IMG/VR virus record: IMGVR_UViG_3300012931_000001
Span: 4,711 to 68,710 of that record
Length of the DNA: 64,000 nucleotides
Source of the DNA: a virus
Reading direction: 5' to 3' (one strand)
This document shows, in pieces, positions 17,783 through 28,816 of this stretch. Position 1 is the stretch's first letter; every line of letters starts with the position of its first letter. The notes under the pieces were generated by a model. The model saw only the letters and a program-made list of their open reading frames with translations, ran no database searches and had not been told where the DNA came from. The translations under genes were made by a program, and so were the position numbers.

Positions 17783-18243
17783 GCAAACAAAATATTATTG
17801 AGAAAATCAAGAATCTACTGATTTCAAATTCCCGCAGCGATGGGTTTCATTGGATGATTGAAGATGATGTTTACGACAAGGTCGCTACGGAAATTGCTAA
17901 TATTTATCCGGATATAAATTCGGCGATTGAATTGGTGGCCGATGAAAGAAGGCGGCAGATTGAAGCGGAGGGATGGAGTTTAGAAGCAGATACCCTCGAT
18001 AATAAAAATGAGGAGCTCGCCTTGGCCGCAGCATGTTATTCCTTGCCAGATAGAAATAGATTTGTTGCGAATAGGTCTATGGGTGGGAATAGCGTCACTC
18101 CAGATTTTTGGCCGTGGCTTAAAGCGTGGTGGAAACCTACTCCTAATGATCGAATCCGTGAACTTGTAAAAGCGGGTGCGTTGATCGTTGCTGAAATCGA
18201 ACGTCTGCAAAGAATAGAGGAAATTAAAAATAAAAAGAAATGA
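17779..18243 (+). CDS. Conserved phage protein of unknown function
   Basis: ERRRQIEAEGW...LAAACY...WPW..WWKP...RELVKAGALIVAEIER motif, which I recognise from many phages. Confidence 0.7.
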   Translation: MSKQNIIEKIKNLLISNSRSDGFHWMIEDDVYDKVATEIANIYPDINSAIELVADERRRQIEAEGWSLEADTLDNKNEELALAAACYSLPDRNRFVANRSMGGNSVTPDFWPWLKAWWKPTPNDRIRELVKAGALIVAEIERLQRIEEIKNKKK

Positions 18244-18597
18244 AAACAATTTACGATTTGGAATTACACGAAACAATGACAGTCGAGGGCTGCATGGTGG
18301 TTATGAGGGTTGCAAGCGGGTGGCTCTACGATATTTGGGATTATGAAAACCAACAATATAAGCAGGGTGTATTTGTTCCATTTGACAATAACTTTGCAAT
18401 CAAGTCATGACCCGCACAGAATTAGCAGCAGAATTGAACCGGCTCGCCAAGGATGGTGAATTGGTTTCGGTCGAAGGGTTTCGGTACGCGAATCACATCT
18501 CGCGCACTACGGCATCGAAAAGATTGTCGGATGAAAACATCTGGCTCAGGGTGTATATTGAGGATCGGGTATTTTACTTAAAAAACAAAGAATAATT

Positions 18598-19128
18598 ATG
18601 ACACACTACAGAACAGGAGGCAAGCTAACTCATTGTGGATGTGAGATTTTACCACAAGGTAACGATATAGAATATCTCGTTATCCGCGAAATTAAATTCA
18701 AGGCCGAGGAAGAAGTTGGAGGTCGCACAGAAAAAGGAGTCTGGGTCGCATATTTTGAGCCAAACCCCTACACAAATCTGCCGATGATCCTCAATTCGAC
18801 CAATAGAAAAAGGCTCTTCAAGCTATCCGGAAACGAGAATATCGACGAACTCAAAAACTACCCCGTCCGTCTGACAAAGGAAAAATGCAAGGACGCAACG
18901 GATGGCGGAGAAACCGTCGGGCTGCGCATATCGAAAATTCCAGCAAAAAAACAGACCGTCGCCCCAAAAGCAAAACCAACCTTGACCGACGAAAAATTCG
19001 ACAGTGCGGTTGAGTTTCTGAAAACCAAATCTATGGATGATTTGCGCGCTCATTACGTGATCTCAGAGGAGATGGAAAAACGGCTGATGGAAAAAGGGGA
19101 GGATTTAACGCAGGAGGTGAAGGAATGA
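18598..19128 (+). CDS. Putative single-strand annealing / recombination protein
   Basis: PMILNSTNRKRL...GLRI motif; near the YqaJ exonuclease; helical C-terminal tail. Confidence 0.5.
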   Translation: MTHYRTGGKLTHCGCEILPQGNDIEYLVIREIKFKAEEEVGGRTEKGVWVAYFEPNPYTNLPMILNSTNRKRLFKLSGNENIDELKNYPVRLTKEKCKDATDGGETVGLRISKIPAKKQTVAPKAKPTLTDEKFDSAVEFLKTKSMDDLRAHYVISEEMEKRLMEKGEDLTQEVKE

Positions 19129-19870
19129 AATACTTAATCATACCAATATGCCGCATTGTCACCCTTCCGGTTGTGGTCGCTATTTCGCTGTTTGCACTTA
19201 TTGGGTATCTTCTTGTCTCATTATGGAATTGTAATTTTGAACCACTATTGTGGCTTATCGAGGATGACGGCGTAAGTGATAAATTTTGGAGATCAGATGA
19301 ATATAGGATGTCCGGAGGAAAGGTTGGGTACTGCTACAAGACGTTCTGGCATTATTTAGTATATAAGAAGACCTACGGAAATGAAAAAGCCATTTAAAAT
19401 ATCGTCGCAATCGCTCTGTAATTTTACAGAGGCTGGAGTTCCATTTGCCACAATGCTCGCCGCCAGTCTCGGTATATCCATTGCTGAACTTCAGGAGAAA
19501 ATCAAGAACGGAGAAATATATGTCGTTTGCAAGAAAAAATCACCATTTAAAAAATTTATATCATGGATAAAACGAAGGGGTCGATCGAAGAGCGCGTAGA
19601 GATACTCGAAAAACAGCGCAAATACTTTATAGTAAAGGCGGGCATAAATAGCAAGATTGTAAAAAATCTAACTGAAAAAATAAAAAACTTGAAATAAAAT
19701 AACTTTAATCAAAAATGACATGTGTAGAGATAAATCAAGGCTCAGTGGCGCGGTTAAGTGTATTTATTCCCTAACGGATAGTAAAATGTTCTGGCTTATA
19801 TTTGGATTGGTGTTGATTGGTTTCTTCATTGGCGCTTGTTTTATATTAAAAAACTAAAATTATTTATATC

Positions 19871-20680
19871 ATGGATGAAAAAGAACGTCCGAGAATGGAC
19901 GAAAAAGAACGCCTCTGGCATATTAAAAAGATAGGTAAATTCTCAGCAAGTTGCGCAAAAGACTTAATGTCGGCAAGCGGAAAATGGATTGAAGGGAATA
20001 TTGACTACCTCTATGAAATACAGCAACAGCGATTGACCGATGAGCCCGAGCCGCCCATTTTTGCCCGTCCAATGCAATTAGGGACGGAAAATGAGCCATA
20101 CGCTATCGGATGGGCGGAAGAAAATTACCCAGACATGATAATCTTGAATTGCGACAAGGATTTCACGGAAAAGATTTTCGAGGAAACGGATTTCAATTAC
20201 GGGGCAAGTCCTGATGCGTTTATCATGTGTCCTGACTTTGAGGCTATTGAAAAGCCACTATCCTATAATGTCGAATTTAAAAACCTGATCCAAGCTCTTC
20301 TTGAGGTGAAGTGCGTTATCGGTCGCAAAATGACCAATCGTTATTTCTCCCCAACGCTTCCGTTTGAGGAAAAGCGGATGATGGCGTTAAAGGAACACGG
20401 TTGGCAGATGGCCGGGCAGTTGTTGGCCTACCCGTATATTCATAAAATATACCTTCTGAAGTATCTTCCTCAACTTGAAGACCTTCAGATAGAGTTATGC
20501 AGCCCGACGGGAAATCTACGGGGAATATTCGACCCTGCGCGAGGCCTGATGTTTGAATATTCACGCGTGGAACTTTCCATGATGATCGGGCAGGTCGAGC
20601 AGCGCGTCCGTTTTGCCGATGCGTATTTGAAATCAGGGAAGGATTTGGAAAAAATAAATGAAATAAAAACAAATGTATGA
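19871..20680 (+). CDS. YqaJ / lambda-exonuclease-family recombination nuclease
   Basis: KFSAS, MQLGTENEP, GASPDA, LEVKC, WQMAGQL motifs. Confidence 0.85.
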   Translation: MDEKERPRMDEKERLWHIKKIGKFSASCAKDLMSASGKWIEGNIDYLYEIQQQRLTDEPEPPIFARPMQLGTENEPYAIGWAEENYPDMIILNCDKDFTEKIFEETDFNYGASPDAFIMCPDFEAIEKPLSYNVEFKNLIQALLEVKCVIGRKMTNRYFSPTLPFEEKRMMALKEHGWQMAGQLLAYPYIHKIYLLKYLPQLEDLQIELCSPTGNLRGIFDPARGLMFEYSRVELSMMIGQVEQRVRFADAYLKSGKDLEKINEIKTNV

Positions 20681-21102
20681 TACAGGCAAGAGAGCTTAGA
20701 CTTGGGAATTATATCAATAATCTATTTGGCCCTGATTTTTATTTTAGGGTTGATGAAATAAGGCCAGAACAAGGGTTTTGGCTTCTAATACAATATAAAG
20801 ATTTTAACTACGAATGCCCTTTTAGGAGTGATTCATCTCTTGAGCTAAGATCGAATCAAGCGTCACCAATAAGCCTAACCCACAGACTACTGACGGAATC
20901 GTGTGGATTTATATGTCAAGATATAGGGCAGTATTCGCATGAAAAATTAAATAGGGTGGTTCTTGATATAAATACACAAATAAATGAAAATTCACCAGAT
21001 AGTGATGACGATATTGTCTATTTGAGCATACCAAAAAGCCTTCACCAGCTTCAAAATCTTTATTATGCCTTAACTGGCGAAGAATTAAAAATAAACTTTT
21101 AA
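20677..21102 (+). CDS. YopX-like protein
   Basis: ARELRLGNYI...PISLT...LHQLQNLYYALTGEEL pattern. Confidence 0.55.
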   Translation: MIQARELRLGNYINNLFGPDFYFRVDEIRPEQGFWLLIQYKDFNYECPFRSDSSLELRSNQASPISLTHRLLTESCGFICQDIGQYSHEKLNRVVLDINTQINENSPDSDDDIVYLSIPKSLHQLQNLYYALTGEELKINF

Positions 21103-21269
21103 AAAATGAGCGAAAAAAGTCCAGAAGGAATGAGCCCGTTTATAGCAGTCCTTAATTATCTCGGGAGCGACGAGTACGCAGAGCGAGTTAAGGCTGAGGC
21201 CGACAAGTATTATTCGCATCCCTCTGTTCTTGCTCAAGTGGAAAAACAAAATAAAATCTTAGAAAAATT

Positions 21270-22715
21270 ATGAATCAAAAAGAAACCACCGAAGTAGCCG
21301 TAGTAATACTGCCCGAAGAAGTGCAAACCCTCGCTCTCCGCGTATCGGATGAAAAGCGCGAAGAAGTGACCAACACCCTTAGCCAGATATTCGCTGGAAC
21401 AGCGGATTGGAAAAACCAAGTCGAGGCTATCGTCGTCAATGATCCATTTGACAAAATGGGTATGAATCTTGCAAAAACCGCCCGCCTTAACGCGAAAAAT
21501 GCCCGTCTTGCAGCAGAGAAACTAATTGACCAGAAACGCGATGAAGTTCAAGTGCAGATGCTTTCGTTTCAAACCGAGGATAAACTATGGTTGAAAGCAA
21601 AGCAGACCATGCAGATCCTTTTCAAGGAAATCGAGACGATGGCCGAGTATAAGGAAAAAACCGCCGAACGTCACGAAGCGGAGCAGCTGGAATTACGCAC
21701 TCAGACCCGCTTGGCGAAAGTGGTAACTGTTAACCCGGAAATAACACGTACCGAAATCGAGTTTATGTCGGAGGCTTCATTTGAAGTGTTCTATAACGGA
21801 CTTGTCGCGTCAAAAAAGCAAAAGGAAGAGGAGGCTGCCGCTGAACTGAAAAAGCAGGAAGAGGTTAAGCTTCGCAAACAGCGTGATGATGATCGGTTTA
21901 AGGTTTTTGCTGGTACGGGGCTTATCTTTACCAATGGGGTGTTCGCTAACGCAGAGGTGAAATATGATTTATCCGAGCTTTGCGAACTCGATAATGAAAC
22001 GTTTGCGTTGAAGGTGCAAGAAGCTACCGATAAAGTGGCTGAATGCAAGGCCGCAGAAATCAAAGAGCAGGAAAGGTTGCGTATAATCGCCAAGCAGAAA
22101 GAAAAGGAATTAGCCGAAGAAAAGGAAAAGGCTGAGCAGGAGCGCAAAAAACAGGAAGATATTCGGAAAAAGGAGACGGAGGAAAAAAACACCCGGTTTG
22201 AGGCGAGGAAAAATATAATGATTGGCTTGGGTTTTGAATATTTCGAGGATGCCGAATATAATTTCTCGCTAAAAGGTGTTTGGTCATGTTTTTATGAGCA
22301 GATATATAATCCTTCCGATAAGGAGTTCGAGGCATATATTTCGGATATTAAAAATGCCATTGTCCGTAATGCTGAAAAAGCAAAACAGGATGAAGTAATC
22401 GCTAAGCAAAAAGCGGAGGCCAGACAGCTCGAAATCGAAGCCGCTAAAAAACAGGCCGAATTAGAAGCTGAACTCGCAGCCCGTAAAAAGCAGGAAGCGG
22501 AGGCCAAGGCCGCAGAGCAGGCGGAAATCGCTGCGCAGGAAAAAGCGCGTCAAGCTGCACTGCTGGCTCCAAGGAAGGAGAAACTGACGACATGGATTGA
22601 CGGACTTTCGCTCAACGCTCCGGCTGGATGCGAAGAGGATGTGCTCGTCGGGGATATACTGATTAAATTCAGCGGGTTCAAGAAGTGGGCTAAATCGGAG
22701 GTGGAAAAATTATAA
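21270..22715 (+). CDS. Long coiled-coil protein
   Basis: 481 aa, E/K/A/Q-rich heptads. Confidence 0.75.
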   Translation: MNQKETTEVAVVILPEEVQTLALRVSDEKREEVTNTLSQIFAGTADWKNQVEAIVVNDPFDKMGMNLAKTARLNAKNARLAAEKLIDQKRDEVQVQMLSFQTEDKLWLKAKQTMQILFKEIETMAEYKEKTAERHEAEQLELRTQTRLAKVVTVNPEITRTEIEFMSEASFEVFYNGLVASKKQKEEEAAAELKKQEEVKLRKQRDDDRFKVFAGTGLIFTNGVFANAEVKYDLSELCELDNETFALKVQEATDKVAECKAAEIKEQERLRIIAKQKEKELAEEKEKAEQERKKQEDIRKKETEEKNTRFEARKNIMIGLGFEYFEDAEYNFSLKGVWSCFYEQIYNPSDKEFEAYISDIKNAIVRNAEKAKQDEVIAKQKAEARQLEIEAAKKQAELEAELAARKKQEAEAKAAEQAEIAAQEKARQAALLAPRKEKLTTWIDGLSLNAPAGCEEDVLVGDILIKFSGFKKWAKSEVEKL

Positions 22716-22719
22716 GAAT

Positions 22720-24104
22720 ATGGTGTTCCAGAATAACGACCAAGATTATCCGCCCGGCGACAACGAAAAATATTCCGACTGCGAGGATTGCGGCGGAACT
22801 GGACGAATAGAGGATGATGATATTTGTCCGTCTTGTCTTGGTGTCGGATTTACTGAAAACGAAAATGAACCAGATTGGGATAACATAAGAGACGAACGCA
22901 ATGAAACACTTTAGTGACGACCTAATTGTAAAGCACCTGTCCCGTGTCGGCGAATACATGTACCGCAAAGGATTGCGCGATGCTGCTGAATCAACCGACA
23001 TCACTCCGGTCACAGAGTTGATAGAGCTGGACGATGCAAAGCAAACGCTTCGGTTCCTTTACGACGAAGGCGGGGTCGCGATGCAGAAGGATTTCTACTG
23101 CGACCTCTTGTGCGTCGTTTCAAGGCGCATAGGGGCACTCGCGGTCAGGGAGGCACTGATTGACCACAGCTATCCGAAAAGTGTCTGGCGTGGCACACCT
23201 ATGCTGATGAACGCCATGTATAGGGTCGGATTGAGGGACGGGCGCGGACTGGACCAATATGAAGCCAATAGTCTGTTCGAGTCGGTCGGAAGCGGAGACA
23301 AACACAAGCGTATCGGAGCCAGCAATATTTCCACCTCGAAATTCATCGACGAAATGAAGCTGGAACTCAGCCGTATCGAAAGTGAGTGTCAAAGTTATAC
23401 CGGATCGGCGGATGCCGGCGCGCTCAGGACTTTCATTTCATCAACGATCGAGCAAAAACGACTCAGAGAAGAAATGGAAAGGGAAGACTACTTTTTAAAT
23501 CTCAGGGACTTATGACACTTGAACACAATCTGTCAGACTGCAAGAACCGGGGTATGCTTATACCGTTCGGCTTGTATAAAAATTCATTCCTGCATGAGGT
23601 GAGCCCCGGCGAGATACTCGAAACAATGGATGACCCACCTGTTCGGATACGGGTCCTTGCCATTTCTGTCGTACAGGCAAAAAGTGAGTCGACGAATGCC
23701 ATATCCATGCTCCTGTATGGGCAGCCGATTGAGTCCATCATGGACATCATGCGCCGGAACTGGAAGCACGAGGTCGGGCAAGACTCATTGTTCCTGCTTA
23801 CATACGACATCGCATGATAACCGTAAAACATAAATTCCAGCCACGGATGTTCGTTCCGTGGTCGTCCATATCCGGGAACATTGCTTTTATGCACGGCGAA
23901 GACAAGGAGATCGAGACCGCAGACGGAATCGCGTGTGCGGTAAAAAAATATACGGAAATTCACATCCTGTCGCAAGAAGCGACCGAGCTGGTATCCGAAT
24001 TATACGACATGCAGGTCATGTCGTTTTTGAGGCTGTGGTACAAGAAATGTCCGTGGCTGAGCGAGATGTGGTTTGTTTATCTGGAACTTAAAAAAAATGA
24101 GTAA
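22720..24104 (+). other. Four hypothetical genes (22720-22914 with CxxC, 22901-23515, 23512-23817, 23814-24104)
   Basis: Overlapping stop/start junctions, co-oriented. Confidence 0.6.
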
Positions 24105-25662
24105 CCCTCTAACCCCTCTCCTTCTCCGCCCATACCAGCAGCGTATCATCGAGGCGACCACCCAATCTATGTTAAAAAACAATAGGCGGGGTGATCGCCA
24201 TATTGGGGTGTACGCTCCTTGCGGATCCGGCAAGAGCGTGTTGGCCGCATTTATGGCTCAAAACTCTGCAATAAAAGGAAACAGGACGCTTATTCTTACG
24301 CACAGGGCAGAGATTTTAAAGCAGAATTTTTTCAAGATGGAAATGCTTAGGCTTGACGTTTCGTTTATCAACGCGAACGTGACGAAAATTCCAACATCAC
24401 AGATTGTGTGCGCGATGGTTCAAACGCTTCGGTCGAGATGTGAAAGCGAAAGGCGGGCTGAGGAGTATATCGAGTTCATCGGATCGTTCGATTTTATCAT
24501 CATCGATGAGGCGCATCGCGCAGAACATGATATGATGTTTAAATATTTTAAAAAAAACGCGTGGGTCGTCGGGCTTTCGGCGACTTGGCTTAGGTCTGGA
24601 AACCAGAAGCAGTTGCGTGATTTTTATTTTGATATTGTCGCTCCGGTAACGCCATCTGAACTGATTGGCTTAGGCCACATCCTTCCGTCGGAAAATTATA
24701 TTTTCGATGCCCCAAAACTCGATGATGTTGCAGTGGATTATTCATCTGGGGATTATAATCAAAAACAATTGCAGTCAAGGTTTGCTAAACCTGAGCGTTA
24801 TTCTGGAATTATCGAAAATTACAAAAGGATCTGCCCTGGTAAAAAGGTAATTATTTTCACTACCGGATCACTTCATTGTATTGGGTTGACTAAAGAATTC
24901 TGCGATGCTGGTATAAAAGCCAAGTATCTTTTGTCTGAACGAAACCCTGATACTGACGCACGGTACTCAGGGGAACGCAGCGTTGTGTTAAATGAATTAA
25001 AGAGTGGTGACATAACGGCTCTTATCTCGGTCGAGATGATTTCAACGGGGCTTGATATGCCTGAACTTGAAGCCGTGATACTTGACTATTCCACCCAGTC
25101 ATACACTAAGTATCAGCAATCGGTGAATAGGCCATGCCGTCCGTTTGGAGGGCAAAAATCGTTTTTTGTTTTGGATTTCGGCTCTAACGTACAAATCTAC
25201 GGGAAGCCTGAAGCGGATCCTATAATGTCGCTATTTCATAAAGTTGGGGGAGGAGGGGTGGCGCCATCGAAAGTCTGCCCAGATGACCGCCAAGATAGCG
25301 AAGGCCGTACTGGATGCGGTCGGATATGGCCAATCTCGACGATGATTTGCCCTCGGTGCGGTTTTACGTGGCTGACCGATAAGCAACAGTATGAAGTAAC
25401 CCTTACAAAGATGGTTGAGAATATTGATTATGCGAATGAGACCATTCCGCAATTCTGTGCCAGGATGAAACTAAGAGGATGGGAGAATAAATGGATACTT
25501 CAGAATATCTGCAAAAAGAATAAGGATAACCAGAAGAAAGCATTTCTTGAAGCAATAAAAGTACTCAGGGGGAAGAATGGCGAAATGATAAGCCCGTGGT
25601 ACTGGAAGACATTCAGCGCGATATATTTAAAGGAAAAAAAGGGGGAAGAGCCGCAAACCTAA
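24097..25662 (+). CDS. SF2 DEAH-box helicase with C-terminal Zn ribbon
   Basis: LRPYQ, APCGSGKS, IIIDEAH, GLSAT, STGLDMP, QSVNRPCR, then CxxC pairs. Confidence 0.9.
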   Translation: MSNPLTPLLLRPYQQRIIEATTQSMLKNNRRGDRHIGVYAPCGSGKSVLAAFMAQNSAIKGNRTLILTHRAEILKQNFFKMEMLRLDVSFINANVTKIPTSQIVCAMVQTLRSRCESERRAEEYIEFIGSFDFIIIDEAHRAEHDMMFKYFKKNAWVVGLSATWLRSGNQKQLRDFYFDIVAPVTPSELIGLGHILPSENYIFDAPKLDDVAVDYSSGDYNQKQLQSRFAKPERYSGIIENYKRICPGKKVIIFTTGSLHCIGLTKEFCDAGIKAKYLLSERNPDTDARYSGERSVVLNELKSGDITALISVEMISTGLDMPELEAVILDYSTQSYTKYQQSVNRPCRPFGGQKSFFVLDFGSNVQIYGKPEADPIMSLFHKVGGGGVAPSKVCPDDRQDSEGRTGCGRIWPISTMICPRCGFTWLTDKQQYEVTLTKMVENIDYANETIPQFCARMKLRGWENKWILQNICKKNKDNQKKAFLEAIKVLRGKNGEMISPWYWKTFSAIYLKEKKGEEPQT

Positions 25663-26201
25663 ACTACATTTTTTCGTAATACACTTAACGCGCTTTGGTA
25701 AGCAATCGAGGCTAGCTCTTCTGATAAAAATGTTCCGATATATCTAGTTTTTCCATTAATATAGATAGTAGAAATCCACCCACCCCCACCGCTTTGTTTA
25801 GAAACACCAATATACTTGGATGTAAATAAATGATTATTTTTTCTATAGCAAATGGATGAGTTTTCCCTCTGTGTTACTATTTCTATATTATCAATGGTAT
25901 TTTTTAATTTATCTCCATTTATATGGTTTATCACTAGCTGGTATCCACACGGTTTGTGGTTTAAAAAGGCCATTGCCATTAATTGATGAATTGAAAAATT
26001 TTTATGCTTCTTCTCTTTACATAAAACAACATAATAGTACCCACGACTATCGAGGCACTGCTTTAAAATCCTCTCACCTACAGGCTGAATCCCATAAGTA
26101 TTTCTCACTACAACCCTTGCAATGCTTTTTACATTTGAAAAATTACTTATCTCATACAGTCCTTCATACCCAGGTATATCTTTCCAAACTTCTTCTTCCA
26201 T
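25659..26201 (-). CDS. NUMOD4-HNH-AP2 homing endonuclease
   Basis: EVWKDIPGYEGLYEISN (NUMOD4), IHQLMA..INHINGDKLKNTIDNIE (HNH), SKYIGVS..LGTF-like AP2; likely start 26201. Confidence 0.88.
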   Translation of the reverse strand: MEEEVWKDIPGYEGLYEISNFSNVKSIARVVVRNTYGIQPVGERILKQCLDSRGYYYVVLCKEKKHKNFSIHQLMAMAFLNHKPCGYQLVINHINGDKLKNTIDNIEIVTQRENSSICYRKNNHLFTSKYIGVSKQSGGGGWISTIYINGKTRYIGTFLSEELASIAYQSALSVLRKNVV

Positions 26202-26312
26202 AACAATAAAAACGCCCCCAATCAAATCATCGGGGTTCGACTACCGAATCAATGAAAGAGGGCTTAAAAGGTTAATTGCTATTGTCGAACCGCAATTTAT
26301 TCTACAAAGATA
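26202..26312 (-). promoter_or_regulatory. Promoter plus two-hairpin kissing-loop leader of HNH gene 2
   Basis: TATCTTTG (26312-26305); hairpin 1 loop GGTTCGAC; hairpin 2 loop GTCGAACC; U-tract before the ATG. Confidence 0.55.
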
Positions 26313-26342
26313 GCAAGTATTTACGACAGAAAAAATATATTA

Positions 26343-26798
26343 CTATTCTTTTTCTTCTTTCACTTCATACTTCACAACGCTCAGTATCGGCGTCTCCTCG
26401 ATCTTCACAACTTCATAGTCGCTTAATGTTCCCTTCATGCCGTCTTCGAGCCTGTCACGTGCTGATTCCAGATCAGATGCCTGCACGAGCATGGTTGAGG
26501 CTGTGCGCTTCTCTTTGCCCTTCTCTGCGTCGAGAACCACGAACACGACCTTGGCCTTATAGAACTTGTCGCCCTCTGCATTCTCAAAGATTTCACAGAA
26601 CTTAGTGCGCTTCAACGCGGATACCGTGAACTCACCGGTGATGTAGGGCTTTGCGACTTCAATAGTCCTCGCCTCCGCCTCTGCGAAGCTCATTGCGTCA
26701 ATCAGGTAAACGTCGGTCTGACGTTTTTGTTTGCCATCATCCGTGCCGATCCGGTCATACTGGATACGGGATTCAAAAAAACAGTTAAATGCAATCAT
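26343..26798 (-). CDS. DUF4494-like protein
   Basis: YLIDAMSFAEAEAR...GEFTVS...FYKAKV...MLVQASDL...IEETPILSV, typical of this Bacteroidota family. Confidence 0.8.
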   Translation of the reverse strand: MIAFNCFFESRIQYDRIGTDDGKQKRQTDVYLIDAMSFAEAEARTIEVAKPYITGEFTVSALKRTKFCEIFENAEGDKFYKAKVVFVVLDAEKGKEKRTASTMLVQASDLESARDRLEDGMKGTLSDYEVVKIEETPILSVVKYEVKEEKE

Positions 26799-26823
26799 TT
26801 TTTTAGTTTATGTTAATTAATTA

Positions 26824-27204
26824 CTAAAAAGGAAGCTTATCTGATTCCGGTTGCGGAGGAAATGGGTTTGATTCCGTATTTCCCTGCGGTGCTTGCGGTT
26901 TTTGTCCGATCGGTTCGTTGTCCATGCGATCGGATTCGACAGACCACGCATTATTTTCACCAAATACACGGGTTTCTTGCGTGGCGGGGTCAAGCCATTC
27001 ATTCGTCCTCATGCTAAACTTGATCTTTACAATCTCACCCTCGTTCGGGGTCGCTGCGTTTTTACCAAGTTTGAACATCGCCGATTGCGGATATTGACCG
27101 TCAGTTTCCTCAACCCAAATTTCGGTAGAAGTCCAACTGCCGCTTCCGTCTTTTTTTGTACCAGTCTTTGTGAAAATCTTCTTCACTCGTCCAATAAATT
27201 CCAT
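26824..27204 (-). CDS. ssb: DUF3127-like single-stranded DNA-binding protein
   Basis: OB-fold pattern (GQYPQS, VKIKFSMRTNEW, NNAWSV) and acidic tail ending DKLPF. Confidence 0.75.
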   Translation of the reverse strand: MEFIGRVKKIFTKTGTKKDGSGSWTSTEIWVEETDGQYPQSAMFKLGKNAATPNEGEIVKIKFSMRTNEWLDPATQETRVFGENNAWSVESDRMDNEPIGQKPQAPQGNTESNPFPPQPESDKLPF

Positions 27205-27262
27205 ACTTTTTTTGTTTTATTTTTCCCTACTTACGGCATCGGGTTTCCGTTTTTGTTATAAA

Positions 27263-27973
27263 TTAATTTTCTAAATAGAAGATGTCACTGCTTGGCTTCC
27301 AGAATTTTTCATCAAAACACGACCGAAGTCCTTCTACAAGATCTCCGCGATTATAAGCATTATTTTCTTTTAAAAATACGCCAAAAAACTCCGAAATAAA
27401 CAATACAGAACCCTCTTCCTTTGTGCTATCCATAATCAAAGGAAATTTAGAAAACGATGCCCCGGCCTCATTAAAAAGAATAATATCATCGTTATTATTC
27501 CGAATAGATACCCTCCCCTTAAAATAATCATCAAACGCCACCCCGTCATTTTTTAATAATGGAGCGTAGGAGGCCATTCCATTTGTGAAAATAATGGCGC
27601 CTGATTTTCCAATAAACCATGCGACTCGATCCGGATAAAAGCTGTGACCGATGAGAGCGTTTCGTTTAAAAACGTCAACCCCGATGTTTCCAATACTTAC
27701 GTCCATATTTTTTTTGTTTTTTTGTTTTTCCTACTCTTGAAGATTTTCGGATTTCTCTTTTTCCAGATAGTATTCCCTTATGGCAATCCAGTCAATTTCC
27801 TCGCCAGTGAATGGGCTAAACCTGAATACTATAAAATCGTTAACCATTTTTAGGTTGCAGTATTGCAGCATCGTTATTTTCGACCTTTTCGAGTGTATTT
27901 CAAGTTCGGAAAGTGCCACAAGGGCTTGATAACTCTCGCAAATGACCATCCCTACGGTAAGTTGTTTATTCAT
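27263..27973 (-). other. Two hypothetical genes (27263-27706, 27731-27973)
   Basis: Co-oriented ORFs. Confidence 0.5.
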
Positions 27974-28038
27974 CTTCTTTTTTTGTTGTTGGTTTAATTT
28001 ATTTTGTGTTTGGAGATTGGTCGGGCGGGCGTTTAAAT

Positions 28039-28671
28039 TTACTCCCCATCCTGTTTTTCCTTTCTACTTAGTTGCGTTTTGTAATCAAAAAATATCCCAT
28101 TTTCGTTGGCATATTTTTTATAGTTGCAAATCTCGCATTCGTCAACACACTCTTTTTCGCAAAAAGCCTTATACCTGCATGGGCTATCACATATTTCAGG
28201 AAGGTAACGGCGAGGAGGCTCCGATGTCTTATTCATTTGAATATCCTTCATCATTTTTGTCATTATCGTCTTGAAGGCGTCCTGGTAATTCGCATTGTTC
28301 TGGTCCGACAAAATCCCCTGCAAATCCTTCATCACGTTCGGGATCATGTCGGCGAGCTGCTCGTCGATGCTTTTTTCGACCACCGGCTCGACTTCGATTC
28401 CAAGTTCTTCCTCGGTGAACTCGTCCGGGAAATACCATTTTCGCAACTGCATTTTTCGCTGCTCAAGGTATTCCTTTCCATCGGATGAACTCATCAGGGC
28501 GTTCGCCTTTTGTGACATCTTCGCGGGGGATTCGGTGGACATGAAGACCATCGCGTACAGCGCGGAAGCATATTCGCCTGTCGTTATGGTCAGGTCAAGG
28601 AAGAACTTGTGCCGGGGTTTCAGTTGCCAATGCTTATCATCCGGTGGCTGGGGTAGTTTGAGAGTTTTCAT
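28039..28671 (-). CDS. Putative terminase small subunit
   Basis: N-terminal LKPRHKFF...ANALMSS..KEYLEQR resembles the TerS HTH; helical middle; Cys-rich tail; no other TerS candidate found. Confidence 0.4.
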   Translation of the reverse strand: MKTLKLPQPPDDKHWQLKPRHKFFLDLTITTGEYASALYAMVFMSTESPAKMSQKANALMSSSDGKEYLEQRKMQLRKWYFPDEFTEEELGIEVEPVVEKSIDEQLADMIPNVMKDLQGILSDQNNANYQDAFKTIMTKMMKDIQMNKTSEPPRRYLPEICDSPCRYKAFCEKECVDECEICNYKKYANENGIFFDYKTQLSRKEKQDGE

Positions 28672-28816
28672 TTTTCTTTATGTTTATGTTTATGCACAAA
28701 AATGCGCAATAATCGGATGGCATTCAATAGCTTCAAGTTTTTGCATGGAGTGATAGCATTAGTCACGACTATGATGCAGCGCAGAAGCATGGCGTAGTCG
28801 GAGTTGGAGATTTGTT

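Noticed and set aside
19871-19911. 24-bp-period tandem duplication at the exonuclease start (MDEKERPR-MDEKERL)
   Set aside because: Real, but most simply a local duplication giving two possible starts.
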